Below, piece after piece: positions 26,599 through 38,600 of a DNA stretch of 64,000 bases. Each line of letters starts with the position of its first letter. Positions within the stretch are counted from its first letter, which is position 1. This DNA is from Eledone cirrhosa. Taxonomy: Eukaryota. The stretch is taken from contig OZ024742.1 of the NCBI GenBank assembly GCA_964016885.1, forward strand, positions 377,704,001 through 377,768,000. Reading direction: 5' to 3'. Position numbers and translations under genes: made by a program. The notes under the pieces are model-generated. The model worked only from the letters and a program-made list of their open reading frames with translations, did no database searches and had not been told where the DNA came from.

Positions 26599-28549
26599 AT
26601 GATGGAATTCTTTAGGGTTTCTACATCTCTCAAAGATATACCTTTACCATCTAACGAGGAATACATGAGAAACTTATTGGACAAACCAACTCCTTCATAA
26701 GAAGAGTGCAGTGGCGTGCATTTCATTTTGAAAAGAAAAATGAAGCAAATAGGAACCATAACACCAACCATAACTTCGAGAATATTTTTAAATCTAGGAA
26801 AAATCCTCTTTACAACAAGCTCTTGGCAAATTTTGAAAACGAAATATTTAATATATTAGGAATATAAAATTAAAAAAATATATAGAGGCCAAGAATACCT
26901 TAGAGGTCTAAGGGAAAAAATTAATGACATCAAAAAAGTAAATAAAATATGAGTGAAATCAGACAAAACCAACAACCTACATGGGGTTGAAAAAAACAAA
27001 TATAATGACTTGATTTTAAAAGAATTGAGAAAAAATTACAGAAAAGCCCGAGTGAGGATTTATTGGATATCAATAATGATGCATTTAAAATTATCACCAA
27101 TCATGGATTAGAACGGAAGACCGAACCTTTCATACCAAGGCAACCGCGGATAAATTTCAAAGACCACAAAAGAAATTTTGAAGAGGACTTACCTGTTAGA
27201 CTTAGTGCACCTTCGAAATCAGATCTTGGAATAATTAGTAAAAAACATAATAGATATGATTTTGCCAACGTTACAATTGAGGTCAAAGCTTAACCTATGG
27301 AAGGGCATTTGAAGTCATAGATTGGTTCAATAATATCGAAAATAAGAAAAATCATAAATTCCTTCAAATGGACATAACGAGTAATTATTCCTCAATAAAG
27401 CCTAACTTACTGAATAAGGTGTTTTCATATGCATATAAACACACGGATCTATCTAGTGACTAGATAAATATCCTTTTAACGGCAAGGCGAACCTTGATTG
27501 ATTTTAATAATGATTTTTGAACTAGATCTAATAGGCTGAAGAACTTTTACATTACTATGGGCTCGTCTGATTCGGCAAAAGTTACCGATCTTATAGGGCT
27601 TTTTATCCTTAATATGATTAATAGAAAACTACCGGAGATTACCGGTAGTTTATATAGAGACGACATATTATTAACTGTAGTTAAACATAATAATATCGAA
27701 TTAAATAGAGTAAAGAAAGTAATTATAGAATTCTTTAAAAATTATGACCTGAAATTAGAAGTAGAAAATAACAATAAAATAGTTAATTTTTTAGATGTAA
27801 CTCTTAATTTGGATAAATGTTTCCCTAGATCACATAAGTATCACTCTATCTTTAATAGACACACAGTTAAACTCTCTTACTCAACAACTATGAATATTGC
27901 TCAAAATATAGCAAAAATAAATAGTAAAAATCTTAATTTGAACCAGCATATAATTAGCGATAATATCAATAATAATAATACATTAGTTAATAGGAATAAC
28001 AATAATAATAGTTTAAATACGAATAATAGTAGAACACCTCTAAATAATAATAATAATACGAATAGTTTAGGTTATAGAAATCACACCGAAATGAATTGTA
28101 ACTGTAGAAGGAAATCTGAATGCCCTTTACAAAATAACTGCCTTGACAATAATCTAGTGTATAAATGTACCATTAAGACTAATAATATTAATACATATGA
28201 CTACATTGGTGCCACTTCATCTAAGTTTAAGTTTCGCTTTTACAACCATAAACATTCTTTTTCTAATCCAGATAAAAAATGTTCTACATCGCTCTCACAA
28301 TTAATATGGTCTTTGAAGGAAAAAAATATCAAATACTCAATTTCTTGGAGTAAATTCAAGAATTCTGATTCCTACCAGAATGCATCCATTTCACCAAATT
28401 GCAATCTTTGCAATTTAGAGACTCTATTCATAATTACAAATTATGGTAATTTAATTAATAAGAAAAATGAGTTATTTAGCAGCTGTAAACATAAGTCTGG
28501 GAGAACTTTTCAAGCATTATACAAATTTTTAAAAAATATTGACTATTAA
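26599..28549 (+). pseudogene. Naiad-like PLE RT + GIY-YIG ORF, disrupted
   Basis: MMEFFRVSTSLKDIPLPS..., VKSDKTNN, PRINFKDHK, APSKSDLG, TMGSSDSAK, LYRDD, NFLDVTL, CNC-x5-CPL, LVY...YIG, CNLC...SCKH. Several stops and frameshifts upstream of 27557. Clade call is from recalled motif style. Confidence 0.85.
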
Positions 28550-29704
28550 TAATTCTTTAAAAAATATGTATATAACGTTTTGCCTTACCGGTAAAAATTG
28601 TTTGTCGTTTTTATCTAGTAAATTAATCTCATGATGTGTCTCAGTATCCTATGTTTGGATTTAGAAACGTCATTGTTTAACTAGAAATTTCTTGATTTGT
28701 GGTTTGAAATATATTTTGGTTTTCAGAATACTTAAATATATTAAATGTCTTAAATGTTCACATATCTTCCTTTGTTTACATTCTTCGTAAATAATTTTGT
28801 TCTGTCTGAATAGCTTGCTAAAGTATATTTAACATGATTTATACAGTTTAATAATATATACAGTTTAATAATATATGGTAATCCTTAAAGGGAAACTATA
28901 TATAATAATAAGTAATTATTGAAATAAATTAGAAATAATAGAACTTGTGAGAATAAAGATAACTACAAATTAATCCTGAAATGAAATGAAAATCAATGAA
29001 ATGAAATGATTTTATAAAGAAAATAGAATAATTCAGATAACAAATGTTCTTAATATAATATAAAATATATAAATTGATGGTGATATATGCATACGTTTTA
29101 ATAAATATCTTTATAGATATTTAATAATTATTTAAATATGCTTTAAAGATATAAATGTTTCTACATGTTGTAACAAAATATTAATTGAATATATTACTTA
29201 ATTAAACTATGTATCTGATAGCTATCAAACATATTTTTATATCGTTTTATTTTTATATAATATATAAATATAATTAGCTTAAACATAACCAAATACAAAA
29301 GATATTAAAAATGTCATGTTAATTAATTGGTTGCCTCAATTTGACTTAATATTTGAAAATAACAGTCTGTATACCTTTCCACGTCATTTCTTTCTTTCTT
29401 TTTTGTCTTATTTCTTCTTTCTTCCTCTCTAGTATCTCTCTCTTCCTTTTCCTTTTATATTTTATTCCCTAATACTTCTATTTACTCATTTAAATATTTA
29501 TGTATGTATTTCTTCTTGCATTTCCACATATTAACCCCCTCCATATACCTATATCTCGCTCCACATCCTCTTCTTCTTTAAATTTAAGTTTATCATGTTA
29601 TTATTTGTGGTATATAAATGTTGAGATTTGTTGTAATAAATCACTGCCAATACTAGAATTGAACTTTTAAGACCGTTGAGGTGTGTCATACATCAATTCA
29701 TGTA

Positions 29705-29766
29705 TTTTATCTGACGAGGACGTACTTAAAAAACAGCACAGCAAATTCGAAATGTATATAATAAAA
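29705..29766 (+). ncRNA. Hammerhead ribozyme (3' pLTR copy) with a damaged stem II
   Basis: Same core CTGACGA...GAAA...TA; stem II 3' arm mutated to CAGCAAATTC. Confidence 0.68.
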
Positions 29767-29899
29767 CATATATTTTGATTATGGGAATGTCTTCATTTAT
29801 TATTATTCTGAATGATAATAACTCCAGAAAACTTTTCTGTAGAGTGATTTTAATCCATTGTAAAACTATATTCATTGAGTTAACCATATTAAACTTTGG

Positions 29900-29940
<41 letters not shown>

Positions 29941-30089
29941 CCCATCAACCAATGACCTCTACCCATCCCAATCACCACCCTATCCTAACACCAGAGAAGA
30001 TATAAATACCATCATATTACTTGGACAGTTGCTTCCTGATGATTTCTCCCGAATGAAACAGTTCTAGTCCTGTAGAAATCTTTCTATAT

Positions 30090-30130
<41 letters not shown>

Positions 30131-30195
30131 TACTTTGAATCGTCTCACTGTTTTTATATTGTTGTATGGTATTAATTATTGTTATTTTGTTCTGT

Positions 30196-30321
30196 ATATT
30201 TCCTGAAGAAATACGGTTGAGATAAAGCACATTTAATAGAGATAATTGTTAACTATTGATCTCCAGTTTCTTTGCAAATGGATACGACATTCTAGCTGTA
30301 TTGAAACGTTTGTAGAGATGT
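30196..30321 (+). ncRNA. Type I hammerhead ribozyme with a long stem II insertion (orphan Penelope-type terminus between TA tracts)
   Basis: Stem I ATATTTC/GAGATGT; CTGAAGA; stem II AATACGGTT/AGCTGTATT; GAAA; palindromic AAACGTTT; GUA triplet; AATAAA just downstream. Confidence 0.75.
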
Positions 30322-30884
30322 ATGAATAAATAATACTTTCTTACCCTTGGTTTTCTTCCAATTTTGAATTTTATATATATATATTCATTTTTATTTAGGC
30401 TAAACTGCGCAGTCGGGACGTTGAAGAAAAATTAGGTATTTTTTGCTCCTCTTTTCACACGTTTAAAATATATATATATATATATAATAATTAAGCTCTG
30501 TTGCATACATAGAGCACTCTTTTTTCCTGGACTTTTCCGATGGAATTACTTCATTTATATATATATATATACAAATATAATTTCAGCGAGATCGTATTTC
30601 AGCGGAGGCCAAAAACAAAACGAAACGCAATCCTCGAGATATGCGGCAAGCGCTCAGTGGACTAAAAGAAGACCAGAGCAATTAACATACGTTACATACG
30701 TTATAAAGGCCAGATAAAATGAAGACAGTGGTCGTGAAGCCATCAGCCACCGGAGCCAAAAAATATATATATATATTTTTTTTGAACGATCGACTTTCGT
30801 CAAATCGGACCGAGGAAACAATGTTTCCGTTGGTTTTTTCCTATTGCTAATACTATCTATCGGTCGCAACTCCAGGTAGAAGGC

Positions 30885-31134
<250 letters not shown>

Positions 31135-31224
31135 CATATATATACATATATATATATACAAAGACGGTGTGGTAAGATACCAGGTGGACCATAACGAACC
31201 AGATTCTTGGGGTAGTGGCTAAGC

Positions 31225-31325
31225 TGAAAATATTCAGGACTCGCAACGGCTGAGAACCGGCCGTTTCGACAGCTAGATCCGAGCTGTCGAAACGGCCGGC
31301 GGTCAGCCGTCGGGGTCCTGAATCT

Positions 31326-31330
<5 letters not shown>
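31225..31330. repeat. GC-rich long hairpin/inverted repeat
   Basis: 18-bp perfect arms 31257-31274 and 31282-31299, extended imperfectly to TGAAAA...TTTTCA. Confidence 0.9.
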
Positions 31331-31380
<50 letters not shown>

Positions 31381-31534
31381 TGTGTGCGTGTGCGCGCGCG
31401 CGTGTGTGTGTGTATGTGTGTGTGTGTGTGTGTATACAAAAGGAAAAAAGAGATAATATAGCAAACTACACTACACAGGTACAATGAAGAAATATATTAG
31501 TTTTATATTTGAATTTGATATAGTAGGAAAGGAG

Positions 31535-31570
31535 TCTTACCGTTTCGGACACTAGTCCTTCATCAGAAAA
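31535..31570 (-). ncRNA. Degenerate minimal hammerhead motif
   Basis: Minus strand CTGATGA-A-GGAC(TAGT)GTCC-GAAA-CGG-TA; stems I and III weak. Confidence 0.5.
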
Positions 31571-31866
31571 TAGAATGTGAAATTAAAGAATTAGAAAGAT
31601 AGAGGAGAGTGAGCAGTAGCAGAACTGAAATGAAAAATAAATTTTTGAGAAGAAGCAGGTCTATTCAGATCGCCATATTGTAATATATGCATTTTTTAAT
31701 TTAATTCTTTCGTACTTCGGTTACCTCAGTTGTTTTAACTTCCTTCAAGAGTTTATTGGGAAACAAACGAACTTTGAAATATATCAACGTAATTTCATTC
31801 ATTAACAAAATAAAACAGAATTAAATTTGATATGTAATTAAATATATACACGGAAGTATTAATATA

Positions 31867-32050
31867 TGGATTGGCAGTATCAGTAGATGGTCGGACGCCA
31901 TGCTTTGCAGCACAGTTACGTCCCTTTACGGACTGAGTTCAAAACCCGCCGAGGTTAACTTTGACTTTCATCCTTAAGGGGTCGATAAAATAAAGTACCA
32001 GTAATATACTGTAATAATTGCTGGCCTTGTGCCAAAAGTAGAAACAATTA
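31867..32050 (+). mobile_element. OR1-like SINE
   Basis: Family consensus with B-box GAGTTCAAAACC. Confidence 0.88.
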
Positions 32051-32238
32051 TTATATATATACGTTTATACTTACATGCATACACACATATAGACGCACAC
32101 AAACATATGGACACATGCATACATAGCCATAAGCATACACACACACACACCCATACACACACTCCCGCACAAGTATATCCACACACAAATACAAGCGCTG
32201 ACCCACACATAAACACAAACACACACACAAACATACAT

Positions 32239-32294
<56 letters not shown>

Positions 32295-32330
32295 TCAAAA
32301 AAGAAACATTGTTGTAAAAATATTACGAAA

Positions 32331-32518
32331 GGAGGTGGATATGCAGTATTGGTAGAGGGTCGGACGCCATGCTTTGACGTCTAGAGTTACGGCCCTTGCC
32401 ATTCTGAGTTCAAATCCCGCCGAGGTTAACTTTGCCTTTCATCCTTACGGGGTCGATAAAATAAAGTACCAGTAATACACTGGCATTTGCTGCCCTTGCG
32501 CCTAACGTAGAAACAAAT
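32331..32518 (+). mobile_element. OR1-like SINE
   Basis: Family consensus with B-box GAGTTCAAATCC. Confidence 0.88.
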
Positions 32519-32615
32519 ATTTCTTTGTGGAAATGAAGGGAAAAATATGAATTTAAATAATGAAATTGGCGAAATTAAGAAGTAGTTATATAAAGAATTA
32601 TTGATTTAAGGGAGC

Positions 32616-35600
32616 AGAAAATATTTCTACTTCCCGAACTTGTTAAATTCTCTCTACAGAAGACTAGAACATATTTCTACATCTGTCACTTGCTAAACCA
32701 TCTCTACAGAAAACTAGAACATATTTCTACTTCTGTCACTTGCTAAACTATCTCTACAGAAGACTAGAACATATTTCTACATCTGTTACTTGTTAAACTA
32801 CCTCTACAGAAGACTAGAACATAATTTAACTTCTGTCAATTGTTAAACTATCTCTACGGAAGACTAGAACATATTTCTACTTCTGTCACTCGTTAAATTC
32901 TCTCTACAGAAGACTAGAACATATTTCTACTTCTGTCACTCGTTAAACTATCTCTACAGAAGACTAGAACATATTTCTACTTCTGTCACTTGTTAAACTA
33001 TCTCTACAGAAGACTAGAACATATTTCTACTTCTGTCACTTGTTAAACTATCTCTACAGAAGACTAGGACATATTTCTATTTCTGTCAATTGTTAAACTA
33101 TCTCTACAGGAGACTAGAACATATTTCTACTCCTGTCACTTGTTAAACTATCTCTACAGAAGACTAGAACATATTTCTACTTCTGTCACTTGTTAAACTA
33201 TCGCTACAGAAGATTAGAACATATTTCTAATTCCGTCACTTGTTAAACTATCTCTACAGTAGACTAGAACATATTTCTACTTCTGTCACGCGTTAAACTA
33301 TCTCTACAGAAGACTAGAACATATTTCTACTTCTGTCACCGTTAAACCATCTCTACAGAAGACTAGAACATATTTCTACTTCTGTCACTTGTTAAACTAT
33401 CTCTACAGAAGACTAGAAATTATTTCTACTACTGTCACTTGTTAAACTATTTCTACAGAAGACTAGAACATATTTCTACTTCTGTCACTCGTTCAACTAT
33501 CTCTACAGAAGACTAGAATATATTTCTACTTCTCTCACTTGTTAAACTATCTCTACAGAAGATTAGAACATATTTCTAATTCCGTCACTTGTTAAACTAT
33601 CTCTACAGAAGACTAGAACATATTTCTACTTCTGTCACACGTAAAACTATCTCTACAGAAGACTAGAACATATTTCTACTTCTGTCACCGTTAAACCATC
33701 TCTACAGAAGACTAGAACATATTTCTACTTCTGTCACTTGTTAAACTATCTCTACGGAAGACTAGAACATATTTCTTCTTATGTCACTTGTTAAACTATC
33801 TCTACAGAAGACTAGAACATATTTCTACTTCTGTCACATGTTAAACTATCTCTACAGAAGACTAGAACATATTTCTACTCCTGTCACATGTTAAACTCTC
33901 TCTACAGAAGACTATAATATATTTCTACTTCTGTCACGCGTTAAACTATCTCTACAGAAGACTAGAACATATTGCTAATACTGTCACTTGTTAAACTCTC
34001 TGTACAGAAGACTAGAACAAATTTCTTCTTCTGTCACTTGTTAAACTATCTCTACTGAAGACTAGAACATATTTCTACTCCTGTCACTTGTTAAACTATC
34101 TCAACAGAAGACTAGAAAATATTTCTACATCTGTCACGCGTTAAACTATCTCTACAGAAGACTAGAAAACATTTCTTCTTCAGTCCCTTGTTAAACTATC
34201 TCTACAGAAGACTAGAACATATTCTACTTCTGTCACTTGTTAATCTATATCAACAGACGACTAGAACAAGTCTTACTTCTGTCAATTGTTAAACTATCTC
34301 TACAGAATACTAGAACATATTTCTACTTCTATCACTTGTTAAACTATCTCTACAGAAGACTAGAACATATTTCCTCTTCTGTCACTTGTTAAACTATCTC
34401 TACAGAAGACTAGAACATATTTCCTCTCCTGTCACTTGTTAAACTATCTCTACAGAAGACTAGAACATATTTCTACTTCTGTCACTTGTTAAACTATCTC
34501 TACAGAAGACTGGAACATAATTCTACTTCTGTCACTCGTTAAACTATCTCTACAGAAGACTAGAAGCTATTACTACTACTGTCACTTGGTAATCTATTTC
34601 TACAGAAGACTAGAACATATTTCTACTTCTGTCACTTGTTTAACTATCTCTACAGAAGACTAGAACATATTTCTACTTCTGTCACTCGTTAACCTATCTC
34701 TACAGAAGACTAGAACATATTTCTTCTTCTGTCACGCGTTAAACTATCTCTACAGAAGACTAGAACATAATTCTACTTCTGTCACTTGTTAAACTATCTC
34801 TACAGAAGACTAGAACATATTTCTACATCTGTCACTTGTTAAACTATCTCTACAGAAGACTAGAACATAATTCTAATTCTGTCACTTGTTAACCTATCTC
34901 TACAGAGGACTAGAACATATTTCTACTTCTGTCACTTGTTAAACTATCTCTACAGAAGACTAGAAATTATTTCTACTACTGTCACTTGTTAAACTATCTC
35001 TACAGAAGACTAGAACATATTTCTACTTCTGTCACTCGTTCAACTATCTCTACAGAAGACTAGAATATATTTCTACTTCTCTCACTTGTTAAACTATCTC
35101 TACAGAAGATTAGAACATATTTCTAATTCCGTCACTTGTTAAACTATCTCTACAGAAGACTAGAACATATTTCTAATTCTGTCACACGTAAAACTATCTC
35201 TACAGAAGACTAGAACATATTTCTACTTCTGTCACCGTTAAACCATCTCTACAGAAGACTAGAACATATTTCTACTTCTGTCACTTGTTAAACTATCTCT
35301 ACGGAAGACTAGAACATATTTCTACTTCTGTCACTTGTTAAACTATCTCTACGGAAGACTAGAACATATTTCTTCTTCTGTCACTTGTTAAACTATCTCT
35401 ACAGAAGACTAGAACATATTTCTACTTCTGTCACATGTTAAACTATCTCTACAGAAGACTAGAACATATTTCTACTCCTGTCACATGTTAAACTCTCTCT
35501 ACAGAAGACAATAATATATTTCTACTTCTGTCACGCGTTAAACTATCTCTACAGAAGACTAGAACATATTGCTAATACTGTCACTTGTTAAACTCTCTGT

Positions 35601-38600
35601 ACAGAAGACTAGAACAAATTTCTTCTTCTGTCACTTGTTAAACTATCTCTACTGAAGACTAGAACATATTTCTACTCCTGTCACTTGTTAAACTATCTCA
35701 ACAGAAGACTAGAAAATATTTCTACATCTGTCACGCGTTAAACTATCTCTACAGAAGACTAGAAAACATTTCTTCTTCAGTCCCTTGTTAAACTATCTCT
35801 ACAGAAGACTAGAACATATTCTACTTCTGTCACTTGTTAATCTATATCAACAGACGACTAGAACAAGTCTTACTTCTGTCAATTGTTAAACTATCTCTAC
35901 AGAATACTAGAACATATTTCTACTTCTATCACTTGTTAAACTATCTCTACAGAAGACTAGAACATATTTCCTCTTCTGTCACTTGTAAAACTATCTCTAC
36001 AGAAGACTAGAACATATTTCCTCTTCTGTCACTTGTTAAACTATCTCTACAGAAGACTAGAACATATTTCTACTTCTGTCACTTGTTAAACTATCTCTAC
36101 AGAAGACTGGAACATAATTCTACTTCTGTCACTCGTTAAACTATCTCTACAGAAGACTAGAAGCTATTACTACTACTGTCACTTGGTAATCTATTTCTAC
36201 AGAAGACTAGAACATATTTCTACTTCTGTCACTTGTTTAACTATCTCTACAGAAGACTAGAACATATTTCTACTTCTGTCACTCGTTAACCTATCTCTAC
36301 AGAAGACTAGAACATATTTCTTCTTCTGTCACGCGTTAAACTATCTCTACAGAAGACTAGAACATAATTCTACTTCTGTCACTTGTTAAACTATCTCTAC
36401 AGAAGACTAGAACATATTTCTACATCTGTCACTTGTTAAACTATCTCTACAGAAGACTAGAACATAATTCTAATTCTGTCACTTGTTAACCTATCTCTAC
36501 AGAGGACTAGAACATATTTCTACTTCTGTCACTTGTTAAACTATCTCTACAGAAGACTAGAAATTATTTCTACTACTGTCACTTGTTAAACTATCTCTAC
36601 AGAAGACTAGAACATATTTCTACTTCTGTCACTCGTTCAACTATCTCTACAGAAGACTAGAATATATTTCTACTTCTCTCACTTGTTAAACTATCTCTAC
36701 AGAAGATTAGAACATATTTCTAATTCCGTCACTTGTTAAACTATCTCTACAGAAGACTAGAACATATTTCTAATTCTGTCACACGTAAAACTATCTCTAC
36801 AGAAGACTAGAACATATTTCTACTTCTGTCACCGTTAAACCATCTCTACAGAAGACTAGAACATATTTCTACTTCTGTCACTTGTTAAACTATCTCTACG
36901 GAAGACTAGAACATATTTCTTCTCCTGTCACTTGTTAAACTATCTCTACAGAAGACTATAATATATTTCTACTTCTGTCACGCGTTAAACTATCTCTACA
37001 GAAGACTAGAACATATTGCTAATACTGTCACTTGTTAAACTCTCTGTACAGAAGACTAGAACAAATTTCTTCTTCTGTCACTTGTTAAACTATCTAAACA
37101 GAAGACTAGAAAATATTTCTACATCTGTCACGCGTTAAACTATCTCTACAGAAGACTAGAAAACATTTCTTCTTCAGTCCCTTGTTAAACTATCTCTACA
37201 GAAGACTAGAACATATTCTACTTCTGTCACTTGTTAATCTATATCAACAGACGACTAGAACAAGTCTTACTTCTGTCACTTGTTAAACTATCTCTACAGA
37301 ATACTAGAACATATTCCTACTTCTATCACTTGTTAAACTATCTCCACAGAAGACTAGAACATATTTCCTCTTCTGTCACTTGTTAAACTATCTCTACAGA
37401 AGACTAGAACATATTTCCTCTTCTGTCACTTGTTAAACTATCTCTACAGAAGACTAGAACATATTTCTACTTCTGTCACTTGTTAAACTATCTCTACAGA
37501 AGACTGGAACATAATTCTACTTCTGTCACTCGTTAAACTATCTCTACAGAAGACTAGAACCTATTACTACTACTGTCACTTGTTAAACTATTTCTACAGA
37601 AGACTAGAACATATTTCTACTTCTGTCACTTGTTTAACTATCTCTACAGAAGACTAGAACATATTTCTACTTCTGTCACTCGTTAACCTATCTCTACAGA
37701 AGACTAGAACATATTTCTTCTTCTGTCACGCGTTAAACTATCTCTACAGAAGACTAGAACATAATTCTACTTCTGTCACTTATTAAACTATCTCTACAGA
37801 AGACTAGAACATATTTCTACATCTGTCACTTGTTAAACTATCTCTACAGAAGACTAGAACATAATTCTAATTCTGTCACTTGTTAACCTATCTCTACAGA
37901 GGACTAGAACATATTTCTTCTTCTGTCACGCGTTAAACTATCTCTACAGAAGTCGAGAACATAATTCTAATTCTGTCACTTGTTAAACTATCTCTACAGA
38001 AGACTAGAACATATTTCTACTTCTGTCACTCGTTCAACTATCTCTACAGAAGACTAGAATATATTTCTACTTCTCTCACTTGTTAAACTATCTCTACAGA
38101 AGATTAGAACATATTTCTAATTCCGTCACTTGTTAAACTATCTCTACAGAAGACTAGAACATATTTCTAATTCTGTCACACGTAAAACTATCTCTACAGA
38201 AGACTAGAACATATTTCTACTTCTGTCACCGTTAAACCATCTCTACAGAAGACTAGAACATATTTCTACTTCTGTCACTTGTTAAACTATCTCTACGGAA
38301 GACTAGAACATATTTCTACTTCTGTCACTTGTTAAACTATCTCTACGGAAGACTAGAACATATTTCTTCTTCTGTCACTTGTTAAACTATCTCTACAGAA
38401 GACTAGAACATATTTCTACTTCTGTCACATGTTAAACTATCTCTACAGAAGACTAGAACATATTTCTACTCCTGTCACATGTTAAACTCTCTCTACAGAA
38501 GACAATAATATATTTCTACTTCTGTCACGCGTTAAACTATCTCTACAGAAGACTAGAACATATTGCTAATACTGTCACTTGTTAAACTCTCTGTACAGAA

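Larger units (their letters stand above)
25591..29900 (+). mobile_element. Naiad-like Penelope-like element: inverted pLTR (25591-26151), direct 5' pLTR (26152-26542), decayed ORF, 3' pLTR (~29228-29900)
   Basis: Three copies of the same terminal sequence, one reverse-complemented, each with a hammerhead core; ends in (TA)n. Confidence 0.88.

Noticed and set aside
26940-27530. Selenocysteine (UGA) recoding as known for some Naiad elements
   Set aside because: The TGA codons fall at apparent Trp positions and co-occur with TAG and frameshifts; the Cys motifs use normal Cys codons; no SECIS recognised.
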